DNA of 64,000 nucleotides from NCBI GenBank assembly GCA_009914755.4, contig CP068257.2:18016001-18080000 (forward strand), given 5' to 3'. This document shows positions 37,336 to 51,006 of the stretch, in pieces. This DNA is from the human T2T-CHM13v2.0 reference genome, Homo sapiens. Position 1 is the stretch's first letter; each line of letters starts with the position of its first letter. The position numbers and the translations under genes are program-made. The notes under the pieces are model-generated. The model was not told where the DNA came from, did not search any database, and saw only the letters and a list, made by a program, of their open reading frames with translations.

Positions 37336-38559
37336 CCAAACTAACCAATATTATAGAGGGGGAAGCCTCTCTTCATTTTAGCTGCTCTCCACAACTACCT
37401 GATGTTTAGGCTCAAATTTTCACCTAAAGTTGGACAGGAGATTTGAAGTGACTTGGAGATTGATCCAGGAAAAAGCTATGACTATAGGAGGCAGTAACAC
37501 ATGATGAGTTTTACTGGGAAGTGCTTGAACAAAATTGCAAGAGGGGGTAAGCCCCTTACAATGAGAAATTGTCCAGAGGGTTACAGTGAGAAGATCACTC
37601 CAGACAGAGCGAAGGTTAGGGGAACTCCCAGACAAAAAGGGACTCTGAGAGGGCCTTACCTGTCTAGGTGATGTCAATCAGCTGCACGATGGGAAATCTC
37701 TAGGTCTGAGAGTCTTAAAAGGCCACGAACCTAAGGCCTTAGAACAACAAGACCCTATCATGTTAGTGGCTGGAAGATTCAGACTGAAGTGTCAGGCAAA
37801 GCAGACAGTCTCTAAATGGCTAAACATATGCTTTTCTGGACTATTTTAAGGTAAATATATTGTGAATTTGGTGCTGGATGACTTTGGAACTAATGTATCT
37901 TAGCCAAAAGTGAAGGCATACAAAACCTAGGGACCAGTAGAGAGGCCATCTTTGGCTTATTAATATAACAAAGCGGAATAATAATTATTGTCACATACTG
38001 CCACATGAGTGTTGGAGGAATTAATGAGATAATACTTGAAAAGCTTTTTGGAGTCCTTCTCAAGAAAGGTAATTTGTTAATATAAAACTGACTATTAATA
38101 CAGCAAGAAGCCTTTTCCCAAAGTAGCTTACACACAATCACTGCTGGGTGTATTCACTGCAACAGAAATGAGCTGCTCATGGAGATTATAAACATTCACA
38201 TTATTCCTTTAGATTTTATTGCAAGGGCATTCGTTTACATATTAAAAAGCTTTAGGAATATTCTTAAGACATCAATTTAAAGCATGGTTTGAGTAGAATT
38301 ATAAAATGAACATTTGGATTTGAGTACAATTGTATAAATGATTAGTTTTTCAAGGATTATTTGTATTTAAATGTCTTGTTATATATAAAATGAGGAAAAT
38401 ATTCTTAATATTTCAAAATATGAAACTGAATTAAATATTGTGTTTTCACATATATCTAAATTGAAGCTATACAATTTAATATATATCTAAATCTGTGACT
38501 ATCATCCCTTTGGGGGAATATATTTTCCTTAACATTTGATAATAAGAGAATTCAGTCTT

Positions 38560-38925
38560 TGATATGGTTTGGTTCTGTGATCCCACCCAAATCTCAATTT
38601 GTAGTTCCCATAATTCTCACATGTTGTGGGAGGGACCTGATCACAGATAATTGAGTCATGGGTATGGGTCTTTCCCTTGCTGTTCTCGTGATAGTGAACG
38701 GGTCTCATGAGATCTGATAGTTTTAAAAATGAGAGTGTCCCCACACAAGCTCTTTCTTTGCCTGCTGCCATCCACATAAGATGTGACTTGCTCCTCCTTG
38801 CCTTCCACCATGACTGTGAGGCCTCCCCAGCCATGTGGAACTGTAAGTCCAATAAACCTCTTTCTTTTGCCAATTACCCAGTCTCATGTATTTCTTTATC
38901 AGCAGTGTGAAAATGGACTAAATCA
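38560..38925 (+). mobile_element. THE1/MST-type (ERVL-MaLR) solo LTR
   Basis: tgatatggtttggttctgtgatcccacccaaatctcaatttgtagttcccataattctcacatgttgtgggagggacctg...ctgtgaggcctccccagccatgtggaactgtaagtccaataaacctctttcttttgccaattacccagtctcatgtatttctttatcagcagtgtgaaaatggactaa matches the THE1 LTR consensus (TGATATGGTTTGGCTGTGTCCCCACCCAAATCTCATCTTGAATTGTAGCTCCCATAATTCCCACGTGTTGTGGGAGGGACC...ACGGACTAATACA). Confidence 0.85.
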
Positions 38926-39937
38926 GTCTTCATATAAATAAATCATACATTAGAAAGTGTGTATGTGTGTGTGTTTGTGTTTCTAACCAACTTTCTCTAA
39001 TTCTTGTTTTTAAGAGTTAAGCTTTGTAGTATTATATTATTATAAATTGGAAGAAAATTCTCTCTCTCATATTCAGTGAGATTTATTGTGCAAATTTAAA
39101 GATTTATGTTTAGTACACAGGGGCAACAGAAGTAGCATGGCTAGTAAGTGCACTTTTATATAATTTATTTACATTTATGTAGTTAATGTGAACATAGAAT
39201 GAGTGAAAAGATAATTTAAATAATCCCACATTTTTATAAGCTATATATAATATATATTTATTATTGACTATTTTAAGTAGAAAGTTATTATTATAAATGA
39301 CAGTTAATGCTGTATTTCTAATTTTTACACAATTCATCCTAAAATAGTGGGTATATGAAGAGAGGAGCAAACATCAAGCTGAAAAAAGATGAGTGAAAAT
39401 TGTATACTTAGATCCAGTTGATAATTGTATAGGCCCTGTTTATTAGTTATTTACCATAGATGTTAGCTTTCCACTTTCTGTTTTTCACTAGATCTGTGAG
39501 CATCCTACATATTTTCATGCTGTATTCCTGAGAAAGATTAACAGGAAAATGGGCACTATTTGTACCTGTTTGGATTCTCTACACTAAATCTACGTTTGCC
39601 TGAGATTTTGGCCTACTTATCTTTAAACCTGGTGATCAAGCTTTAAATGATAATTAGTATCAAAATTCTCTATTGCCATAAATACAGATATAATATTAGG
39701 AAATTAATAAAAGGAATTGAATTAAATATTTAAAGAGTTTTTTCTGAATTCTTACTGAACAATTAAACATATACTTCAGTAATGAAAATAACTAGATAGT
39801 AACCAGATGAAAACATCTAAAATCATTCTGAATAGTCAAATTAATGAATGATGGTTAACATAATGATAAAGATGGAATGAATTTTTTCTTATGTATATTT
39901 TTAATCAACACAATGATTTATAATGAGCAACACTCAG

Positions 39938-40020
39938 AGTTGGCTGCCCCAGTGGAATCTGGGGACACAAATAATGAAGAGCTGAAGAAAAAGATTCAAG
40001 AAGATCTGAGGTGGTATCTT
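39938..40020 (+). other. Candidate ~83-nt exon with splice-like boundaries; speculative
   Basis: ...aacactcag|AGTTGGCTGCCCCAGTGGAATCTGGGGACACAAATAATGAAGAGCTGAAGAAAAAGATTCAAGAAGATCTGAGGTGGTATCTTG|gtaagtgtc. One frame is open across it (SELAAPVESGDTNNEELKKKIQEDLRWYL). The polypyrimidine tract is weak and there is no recognisable homology. Confidence 0.12.
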
Positions 40021-40974
40021 GTAAGTGTCTTATACAATCCAGGTTTGTCCATTCAGATCTGTTTGTGTCCTTATGATCATGCTTCTTTCTAACTCTACAG
40101 AGCCTTTGAATTTTGTGTGAATAATATGCCTTTACTTCTTACCTGAGACATAGGCATACAAATCCAATTAAGCATGCAAGTTCCTTCAAGTTGGTGACCA
40201 GTCACAATTTTAAGAGGATTAGTGGAACTCACTACAGTCTTCTTTGCTGCAGCTCTTCTCAAGACCCTGATAGTCATAACACTCTTCCACAACCTATTTA
40301 AGGCCTCCTTTACTTTCACCCAGAATTTCTGTTGCTCTGAGCTGCTTGACTGGTGATATGACATCATCCTTGAGAGGTTTGTACTGTTAGCTACCTTGCC
40401 TTGTTAACAAATGTTGGCTGCAACTTATCATTTTCCATTCTTTCTGGGCATGACTATATCAATAAATGCCTCGGAAGGTTTCTAAGGTCCAGAAATGCTT
40501 CTTCCTTTCCTCACTGTGTACAGAAAACTATAGCACACTTTGGTAAACAGAGTTCATTGCCCAATCATTTTGTAGATCTTTTCTTTTTCTTCTGGTTCCT
40601 TTGAGGAAGCCAACATGGCGAAAAGGTAAATTCTACTCCTATTTTAGCATAACTCACAATGATTCTCTTGAGGGAAGTGTTCTTCTCTTAGGAACCGAGA
40701 CCTTGAACCTGGCAGTGTATAGAATTGAAAAGATGTGAAGCACACACTAAAATGATGATGATGGCTTTTAGATCTATTGATATAGTGAGTCACAGCTGTT
40801 GGGGCACACACAGCACTATATATCTGCTCTTGAATCAGCACATCAAGCACATGCTGGAGACGATGCCTCAACCCTGCAGGCTGTTTTGTTCATGCTGGCT
40901 CCATAGAAGACACTTTAACTGTCCTTACACTGTTCTTACCAGACTGACTCGTTTTAGGACACATTATAAGACAT

Positions 40975-41150
40975 ACATATATGTGTTTGTATGTATACAG
41001 ACATTAAGATATGTTAATTTGTATATAATAATAGTTAATAATAATATACAAATTAGTGTGATATATATCACACATATTCACTAATTTATGTCATTATTTA
41101 TTACAATTATTATTATATATTATATTATATATTAATATATATATAAACCC
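40975..41150. repeat. AT-rich low-complexity / cryptic (TA)-rich tract
   Basis: ...taatagttaataataatatacaaattagtgtgatatatatcacacatattcac...attattattatatattatattatatattaatatatatataaaccc. Confidence 0.8.
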
Positions 41151-41292
41151 TTGAAGTTATTTCATCATTATTATACCACTTTTTGGTCATAAAATCTATC
41201 CTCTTCTCTGAAGTGGTGTCATTTGTGAGACACTGCATAAACAAATCATTCTTGAGCCTTAGATAGTGGGGAATGTGGAGGCATTGCATGAG

Positions 41293-41646
41293 TGTCTTAG
41301 TTTGGGCTGCTATAACAGGATACCATGGATTGGGTGGGTGGCTTAAACCACAAACATGTATTTCTCATGTTCTGCAATATGGAACCAAGATCAGGTTTTT
41401 GGTGAGGGCTTTCATCTTGGTTTACAGATAGCTGTCTTCTCACTATATCCTCAGGTGGCACAGAGAGAGAGCTCTGATTCTTTCATCTCCTTATAAGGGC
41501 ACCAATCCCAACATGGGGGCCCTACCACAATGGCCTCATCTAAATCTAATTATCTTGCAAGGGCTTAACCTACAAATATCATCATATTGGAGATTAAGGC
41601 TTCAATATATGAATTTTATGGGGAAACAGACATTCAGTCTATAGCA
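41293..41646 (+). mobile_element. LTR-like interspersed repeat (probable MaLR/ERV solo LTR of the tgtcttagt...ctgctataacag family); exact family not assigned
   Basis: tgtcttagtttgggctgctataacaggataccatggattgggtgggtggcttaaaccacaaacatgtatttctcatgttctgcaatatggaaccaagatcaggtt...tataagggcaccaatcccaacatgggggccctaccacaatggcctcatctaaatctaattatc...atcatattggagattaaggcttcaatatatgaattttatggggaaacagacattcagtctatagca matches a high-copy mammalian LTR consensus I recall (...ctgctataacaaaataccacagactgggtggcttaaacaacagaaatttatttctcacagttctggaggctggaagtccaagatcaaggtgc...ttcaacatatgaattttggggggacacaaacattcagtccatagca). Confidence 0.5.
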
Positions 41647-44171
41647 ATAAAGAAGACAAACACATATTAAGAATATTTATCAATTATGGTAAGGATTGAT
41701 TGCTGTCTGCTCCAGGATGGCAGAATCTAACATGTGACATACCACCAAGTGGCTGAATAGTTCACTATTCAGTTGTTTACAGCTGATATCTGCAGTGGTG
41801 ACATTGACATTGATCAGTGGCATTGGTTAGAATTAGCTCTGGCAGGATGAGGCCTATGCACTCAGGCCATTTCATATTTGCCATCCTTGACACTATGCCT
41901 CTAATGCTAATGGTCTCATTGTGCCAAAGCTGAAGTAGCTGAGCAAAGAAAATAATCAGCATCTCTGTCTGGTGGCAGTTGGGTGAGATTCAAATATCTG
42001 TACATGTTGTGCGTATTTCTACATCTTCTTCTTAGCCCATCATGTCCCTCATGTTGCATCAAGTTTTGCTCTTTCCAAACCCTCATTGAAACATTCAGTT
42101 ATTCATAATGAGATCCATATATATCCACACTTTTAGGCACTTTCTCCTTCTATTTCTGGATTTCAAATCCATAATTCATCTGTGAACCAGGCCTACATCC
42201 ATTCCTTCTCTATTAGTTACCTCTAGAGAAATCTCCTTGAGAATATAGTTGAGACAAATGTAACAGGGTGGTTTGCGCTTCTTATCACATAATTTACCCG
42301 TATCTTTAGACCTGTTCTGTCCTGATCTCAAACAAACCACCTTAACTGAAAAGTTTATTGTTTCAATTTCTGCTTAACTTTGTCACTATTGACTCTAATA
42401 TTGCCACTTTTTGATGGGCTGACATAATTGCATAGTAACTTGATGTTCCATGTTCAAATGCTCAGTATTAAGCCTGTACCAAGTTGAGGAGTTATTTTTA
42501 AAACAGTGATTAATTCTCTGATGCAGAAATCACAGCCTTGTTTCAGAATCTTAAAATATTGTACTTTTACTCTATTACTGAAGCTTGTTCAGGGAAAAAC
42601 ATCCACATTTTTGACAGATACTACCAGACACGAGATCTGCAGGGTTACATGGCCCAAGTGTTAATGCAGCTTGTAACATACTCTCACCATGCTGCAGAAC
42701 CTACTGTTGCTCTGGACCCCTCTTGAAACTGTCAGCTTTTAAATCTATCAAACTGTTTACAGTAGTATTCCAAAATACATTATACCATCTCTACAATCCA
42801 AAGAGGCTCACTAAGTGCAGTGGTAGGAGATATGAGGTTAAAAAAAAATCAAAGAGCCTCCAATCTTAGTAATCCCTACATGTTCCAGACAAATGGATTT
42901 CTAAAATCTTTACTACTGTAATAGACTTCTAAATATTCAGTGAATTTGTTTCCTATCTCGTGGAATGCATTTGTTTTAGTAAGAAAATTTAAGGTATTCA
43001 CTACTCCTTCTTATTAGAAACAGTTAACACGATGTAGTCAACATAATGCAAGAGCGTGCAGCTATTAGAAATGTCAGGACCAAGGATATTGACTATATTA
43101 TGACAGAAAGCAGAAGTTTTTAACCAGTTCTGGAGCAAGACAGTGTATGAGGCACTGTATAGGTACTCTCGCCCTTTTTTGTAAAGATTAACTGGCTTTG
43201 ATTCCCCCTAATGTTACGTATTCAGAAGCATTTACCAGCTCAATAGCCAAATATTGGATGGGTCTGTTTCAGTATGGAGATGACATCCAGTACAGCAAGT
43301 ATAGGTATGGCTACTCCTAGTTAAGCTTACCATAATTTTTAATCGCATGCATTTTTTTCATAGCAACCAGAGAGATTAAATGAATGGAGATGAATGGGAG
43401 CCACTCCACCATTCATCAAAACTTTGATACTGGACTCAATTGTGAATTTGTCTTGAAATTTGATAATGCTTTTGTTTTACTGTTCTGCTCAGCAAAATAG
43501 TACATGTTTTACTGTTTTCCTACCTTAATGCCCTTTCATTCTGCAGGTGAGATAACAAACATTGGATCCTAAATATATCACTCCAAGTTGGACCCAATGG
43601 ATGTAGGCTTGAACCAAAACTCTGTTCATGAATAGACTAATGAGAAAATCTGATAGTGTTCTAGGTCCTAGTGTAAAAGCTATTTTTTTTTTTAAAAAAA
43701 ATAACTTTTCAAGAGATGGAAGACAAATTACATAAAGATTCAGAGACCTATTACCTAAGTAAAGATTTTAGGAATCTTCTTTTCTGGAGCATGTCAGGAT
43801 TACTAAGGTAAGAGACATTTTTCTTTTTAACTTCATATCTCTACCACTAAGGCACAAAACTTAGTGAATCTCTTTGGATTGTAGAGGCTATATATTTTGG
43901 AACACTGTTGTGAACATGTTGGTGGATTTTGAAAGCTGATAGTTTCAAGAGGGTCCCAGCTGGATGGGACTGCCCTCAACTTATTTCTGAGGAAGCTTAA
44001 AGTTACGGAACTGATCCTTAGCCAATATAATGTCAAATGGGCTAAATGATGATTTATAATATGCTTTTCAAAATTCCAAACTCTCATAGTGTGTACCAAG
44101 GCTTGCTGGCTTACACCTGACATAATCTGTTAAATAGCCTCCCTTGGTTATGTGAGAAGAAGAACAAAAAA

Positions 44172-44554
44172 GACCTTTGTATTAGTTCGTTCTGACACTA
44201 CTATAAAGACATATCTGAGACTAAGTACTTTATAAAGGGAAAAGGTTTAATTGACTCAGCTCCACATGGCTGGGGAGGCCTCAGGAAACTTATAATCATG
44301 GTGAAAGGCAATAGAGAATCAAAAGCACGCCTTATATGGTGGCAGGCAAGACAGAATGAATAAGAAAGGGGGAAGAGCCCTTATAAAACAGTCAGATCTT
44401 GTGAAAACTCATTCACTATCACAAGAACACCACAGGGGAAACGGCCCCCATGATCCAATCACCTCCCACCTGGTCTCACGCTTGACACATGGGGATTATG
44501 GAGATTATCATTTGAGATGGAATTTGGGTGGGGACACAGAGCCAAACCATGTCA
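44172..44554 (-). mobile_element. MST/THE1-type (ERVL-MaLR) solo LTR, minus strand
   Basis: The reverse complement begins tgacatggtttggctctgtgtccccacccaaattccatctcaaatgataatctccataatccccatgtgtcaagcgtgagaccaggtgggaggtgattggatcatgggggcc and ends ...cctccccagccatgtggagctgagtcaattaaaccttttccctttataaagtacttagtctcagatatgtctttatagtagtgtcagaacgaactaatacaaagg. Confidence 0.8.
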
Positions 44555-45554
44555 ATCTTGTTGAACACTTTTGAAGAATTCCCACTCTTTTAAAAGCAAA
44601 AATTCCTTACACAAGTCTTGGTCATTCAATGTCTGCAGATAAAGAAAGAACTTTATAAGAATGAACCCTGGGAGATGTGCCTCAGTGTTGTTTGGACAAT
44701 ACTTACCAACACTCATTTTCTCTTCCTGCATCATATTGTCTTCAGCCAAGCCTTATAACGGTATACTCTGTGGAGATGAGTGAGTTAATTTCATTATTGG
44801 ACTTGCATAATATCTGTAGTTCCCTTGCCCCAATGTCAATCAAGATATACAATCTAAGAGTTAACAACCGGCCAGTGGTCCTTTTAGGTAGAATCAGGGA
44901 CTGTCTGTCATATATACATGCAGTGCTATTTAAATTTCTTTTCTCAAGGGGATTCAGCACTTTTTTGCTCAAGAAGCTCTGGGACTAATTTATAGCTGGA
45001 TTTTTAATGGAGATACATGTTTGTGCAGTGGTGGACTTTAGCCTTTTGCATACCAGCTCTGGTTACTTATTTACTTATTTGTTGTAATTTGTATTTGCTA
45101 TAGATTTCTTTATTATTCTTGAACTTATAGAATTTTAGAAACTCCATCATTACCTGTGTACTTATCATGCATATTAGCCTGCTGTATCAGGTCACTCATG
45201 GACAAATACTCTGTCACTTTAGCTTTTCTGTTTTCTGTAGCTATCATTGCCACCTTGCTTTCAACAGTTAAAGGCCACCATTCTGAAGTCCTCAATATCA
45301 GTGATATTATGGATCCAAGTTTAATAGCAGCAGTGCTTACTATCAAGCCCTGCATATTGAGGACAGCCACCATGAAGTCTCTCAAAGATATCAGTGGTCC
45401 CCCCCACCAGGGAATTCATTATTGCCTCAGTAAAAGGAGTATCCTCTGGGGCCTTCTGGGAAACATAGTCAACGTTCTGAGATATTACATGGTGAATGTA
45501 TTCTAAACCTTATTTCTTCCTCATGCTCCAACAAAGTGGTTTGACTATGTTTCC

Positions 45555-45940
<386 letters not shown>

Positions 45941-48044
45941 TAGGATTAAGTCCAATTTTTCCTCCAGTACATAGAAACTTTAGTAACAGGGTGGCCATAT
46001 CAATAATTTCTCCAAAATCCAGGCTTTTATCTCACATATATTGTTCCCATACTCTTCCAATCTAATCCCAGTGTTGGCCCACTTTCTGCAGGACATATTT
46101 CCAGATTCTGTTTTCTCTTTGGCAAATAAACTATTTCTTATTGGTAGATGGACCACACTGATCCACATAAACTCTCCAATAGGTGACCCTGACTAATGAC
46201 CAGAAGGCAATGAGGGGTGGTAGAGACAGATCTTGAAGAGAATAAACATCATTTTGTGAGGCATTCACTTCTGGTGAGAGGTTATTGCATATGTTTAACT
46301 ATGAGAGCATTTTTTACGTCTAATACTAGGAAGGAGGAGCTGTTTGTTTTGTTCAGATTGTTCAGGGGAATATAGAAGTTCAACATTATCAGGCTGTACC
46401 ATCTATCACCTTGCCAGGTCTCAAGTTCAAAATATTTACCTATCAGAGCCTTAGTATAATATAGAAGCCTTGTCAAGGCTGCCCATTAATTTTAATTGTA
46501 AACTTTGCTACTTTTACAATAAGATCTCTGGCTGACATTTTAATAGAAGCTGCCCTCAACCTGTAAGAGAAGAGAGTCTACATAAAAGCTGTCACCATAG
46601 CTCTTTGCTTTCACAGTTTTACAACACACCTTCAATTTCCAGTTGGCTTCCCGTAGCCTATAATTTTCTTTCTGCAGGGCCTTCCAATGTAATTAACAGA
46701 AGCCAGTCTAGTCTTCAGTCTTTATCATTATCATTGCTCTCATACAATTCAAGTGCCATAGTCCACATATATCCAACACTTCTCCATCCACTTCTACCTT
46801 GCTCCTGTTAATCAAAGGTGAAATCCTTAGCACTTGTGATGTGAATACATGGCATGTTTTATCACCAGTTTATTTCTGGCATCCGCTGTTTTATCGTAGG
46901 CTTTTCAAATCGAACTTGAGGCAAATGCTCATAGGCTACTTTACCAGAAAGTACAATCCAAAAGAAACCAGAGAGGGGAAATACATGAGTGAGGCAGAGA
47001 ATGCTAGACAAAAAATAAAACCATGTGTTACCAGAGTGTATGCCACTATTTTGTCTCAAGTCAGACCTTTTTTTTTTTTTTTTTTTGGTGAGAGAATTAT
47101 GTGTTTCTTTGCCTATAAACAATCCAGAACTGGAGTGGAAGGAGAATAATTTATCCACTGGTTTCTACCTCTCATTGGTTAAAACTTTGCTTTATGTCTC
47201 CAGTGTGTGCCAGGGTGAAGGTGATATGCATATCCCATATATTTGTCTGTCTTAAAGTTAACAGGACTAAGCCGAGGGGGAGGTGTGGGACACATGATAT
47301 GAACATGAGATAAATTGATATTGAGCTGTGCTTTCTGCTTAAACCACAGCTTGATTGAGCCACAAGAGATTGTTGCTGTGGTTGATTGGTGTAATACAAG
47401 TTGGCAAGAGCTCTTGACATGTAAATCTCAAATTTATGAAATGGTGTAATGAACAAACCAACAACAACAAAAAATAGTTATCTTTCCCCACACTGTGATA
47501 CCCCCTTGATTCTTACCTCCCAAGGGCAAAAACTTTAAACTCTGTTTAGATTTTTCTTATGGTATCTAGTAAAACATTTTAAAGAACATACTTACTGGTA
47601 TGTAGGCAAACATTTTAAAATAACATGTTGCTACTCTTCTTCCTTTTTTTCCTCTTAAAATATTAGGTATTAACTATTGACTGTCTTATTCTTAAACTGA
47701 GTATTAGCTCTGTTGACCTACAATGCTATGACATCCAACATTCACACATACACATAAAAAATGCACTCGTGCTCGAAAACACATAGACACCAAAGCACGC
47801 AAACACACATAAGTCTATGTTCTACTCATTCTATAAATAGGATTTTATTACACATTTTGTTTTTGAATCAGTATTATGACCATCTAAATGCTACTCACAG
47901 CTGGCCCACATTCTGGTAAGTATCTTATTGCTGTTACATTGAGGCAGGTTTAATTCACTTACTTGCATAGTTTCCTCTAAAGCTGTTACTCATTTCACAT
48001 CAGACATTAAAACAAACAAAAACCAAAAACAAAATCAAATACTC

Positions 48045-48090
48045 AGACACACACACACACACACACACAACATGCACACACACACACACA
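48045..48090. repeat. (CA)n microsatellite, interrupted (~10 + ~8 units)
   Basis: acacacacacacacacacacacaacatgcacacacacacacacaga is directly visible. Confidence 0.95.
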
Positions 48091-48175
48091 GAGCTATAAA
48101 ATTTCCCTCAATTTCATTTAAAATAAAAACAACCTCCACTATAATCCATCATCCTTACTCTACACTCAAGTGCCT

Positions 48176-48458
48176 GACAGTTACACATGGCTGGGGAGGC
48201 CTTAGGAAACTTACAATCATGACAGAAGGCACCTCTTCACAGGGCAGTGGGAGAGAGAATGAGTGCAAGCAGGGGAAATGCCAGACCCTTATAAAACCAT
48301 CGGATCTCATGAGACTCACTCATTATCATAAGAACAGCATGGAGAAACCACCCTCATGATTCAGTTACATTCACCTGGTCCTCCGCTTGACATGAGGGGA
48401 TTACAGGGATTACAATTCAAGGTGAGATTTGGGTGCTGACACAGAGCTAAACCATATC
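48176..48458 (-). mobile_element. THE1/MST-type MaLR LTR, minus strand, 3'-truncated
   Basis: The reverse complement is tgatatggtttagctctgtgtcagcacccaaatctcaccttgaattgtaatccctgtaatcccctcatgtcaagcggaggaccaggtgaatgtaactgaatcatgagggtgg...cctaaggcctccccagccatgtgtaactg. The terminal ~60 bp of the LTR are missing. Confidence 0.7.
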
Positions 48459-48470
48459 ATTCAGCAAACC

Positions 48471-48862
48471 TCATGTTGAAATTTGATCCCTAATCTTGGC
48501 GATGCGGCCTAATGAAGGTGTTTGGGTTATGGGGACAGCCCCTCATGAATGGCTTAGTGCCATCCTCATGGTAATCAGTGAGTTCTTTCTCCATTAGTTC
48601 CTGCGAAAGCTGATCAATACAAAGAGCCTGGCATCTCCCCTATCTCTCTTGCTTCCTATCTCAACATGTGATCTTTGCAAATGCTGGCTCTCCTTCCCCA
48701 TCTACCATGAGTGGAAGCAACTTGAAGCCCTCACCAGAAGCAGATGCTGGCACCATGCTTACTATACAGCCTGCATAACTGTGAACCAAATAGACAACTT
48801 TAAAAAAAAATAAATCATCCAGCTTCAGGTGTTTCTTCATAGCACGAAAATAGACTAAAACC
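48471..48862 (+). mobile_element. Second MaLR-type LTR (MST/MLT-like), plus strand, head-to-head with the previous one
   Basis: tcatgttgaaatttgatccctaatcttggcgatgcggcctaatgaaggtgtttgggttatggggacagcccctcatgaatggcttagtgccatcctcatggtaatcagtgagttctttctccattagttcctgcgaaagctg...ccctcaccagaagcagatgctggcaccatgcttactatacagcctgcataactgtgaaccaaatagacaac...ttcttcatagcacgaaaatagactaaaaccag matches the MaLR consensus type ...aatgttgaaatttgatccccaatgttggaggtggggcctaatgggaggtgtttgggtcatgggggcggatccctcatgaatggcttggtgcc.... Confidence 0.55.
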
Positions 48863-51006
48863 AGTCACATTCTTGGGCCCTGTAGTTTCTGTTCGTTTGT
48901 TTTACCTCACAGTTTATGGTGGAGTATATCTTCTTAGAAATGATGATTATCATAAACTTCTCGGTACCTTGCTTATCTGAAAATATATTCATATTCCTCC
49001 TATATGTGACTATTTTGCAAGTAGCATTCTGCCTACTCATTTAGCACATTTCTATTTTCCTTCTTTTTTTAAGTAAGTCTTCTTTGTCTCATATTTGATC
49101 AGGTCTTCCATCTATTTTTTATGTATATATAGGTTTTATTCCCTACCATATTTAGAGTAGGAATTTAAGAAGGAGTGTACATTAATATGTGCATCAATCA
49201 ATGTTTAATCTTAAGTTTATATCTTTAGACCTTTTAATTTTCAATAAATTCTGAAGAAGGAAAAGCTGCTCAGAGAAATATATGAACTTGTTAATGTCAT
49301 CAATTAAGGTACTATTTTGTTTTCCAATAGGAAGTTCACTTTTTTATATCTGATTTCTCAAAATACCCTATATAAAGTACATGCCAGAAAATGAGATCCA
49401 AGATCAGCAAAATGTAAAATCACCACAATTCATTGGGTTTTTATTATCAGTTGAATCAGCAATTTCTGAATCATACAAATATGCACCAAAATCATTTGAT
49501 AATTTCTTCAATAGTTATATCAGAATGCAAGTCTACATCCAGCCATCAAACACCATCTAGATATTAATATTTTTAGAAGTTGCAAGCTTAAATTGAACCC
49601 CTTAAATTTTCATTTTCTCTCAAAGTCTCCTCTAAATTTAGTATATTCGATTAGGCAAACTATGCTTGACTTTCTTGATTAAAAAACAGTAACTATAGGA
49701 CTTATTGCAGAGTCAGAAAACATAAAATGATAAAACACAATATTTAAAATGTATTATTATGACATTATTTTTTGACTATGGGTTAAAATATTAGCTACTA
49801 ATTCTGCTATGAAAATACAGTAGCCTTTCCTTATCTAAGGGAAATACATTCAAAGACCCCCAGTAGACTGCTGAAACCATGGCTAGTACCCTATGTATAC
49901 CATATGCACATTACCTTTTACTTCTTTACTATTTCATGGATAGCAGGTTTGCTCTAACCATAAATCTTAGCAAGCTCAGCATATAATATCACCCCCTCCT
50001 TATTAAATTGAGAACTTTCACCTTTTCACTTAAAGGACGCGCTTCATGGCTTTTCTCTGGCATATCCAAATTGCCAGTATTGCTACTCTCTCACTTTGGG
50101 CCAGGGCTGTGGCCATTATTAAGTAAAACAAGGGTTATTTGAACTGTGATACTGCAACAGTTGATGGAATAATAGAGTCATTTACTAAGTGACTAACAGG
50201 CAGGGAGCATCTACAGTGTGGAGACACTAAACAGGGACAGAACTAGATGGCATGGGATATTATCTTCCTACCCAGGAAGACACTATTTAAAATTTGGAAG
50301 TTGTTCATTTCTAGAATTTTCTATTTAATATTTTCAGAGCTTGGTTGAAACTTCAGGAAGCAAAACCATAGATAAAGGTGAACCACTGTAGACATAAAGG
50401 TTGATACAGTTGATGGGAATTTTCTTTGAGTATCATAAGGTCAAGATTGATTTGCTGCTTTTTAAAATATGCAGTGGCTATTATTAAATTCAATTTATGA
50501 GTAACATCAACTCTCTGAAAATGCATTATTTTGTAAGAATGTATTTGCTAATTTTTGAAAACTAAGACTGTGATAGCATTCCAGAAATTAATAATTATGC
50601 ATACATATATACCAGGCTAGATATTGTCAAATAATTTAACCTTTTAAATTTTAAAAATATGATTTTCCTGAACATTTAATAAGCTACCAAGAAAAAAAAG
50701 TATTTAAAATAGAATTAATTCAAAATATTTTCCAGGAGAATAGTATCTCGATAATATCAGGGTTGGAAAGACCATACTATATTTAGTTGCACAATAGAGG
50801 ATTAGAAACATCTTTCTCTGTGTGCTCACAATTAAGAAAATACAGTCTTCTTAAAGGATTTGCTAATTTGGTTCAGCTTAATTTCATTCATAACTCTTTA
50901 GAAACAATATATTGATGTGACAGTGAGAGATTTATAAAAAGTATTTTTTTCTTCCTTAAACTTAGTTTTAGAAAGCCAAATTATAAAATACTATATTCTA
51001 AAAAAG

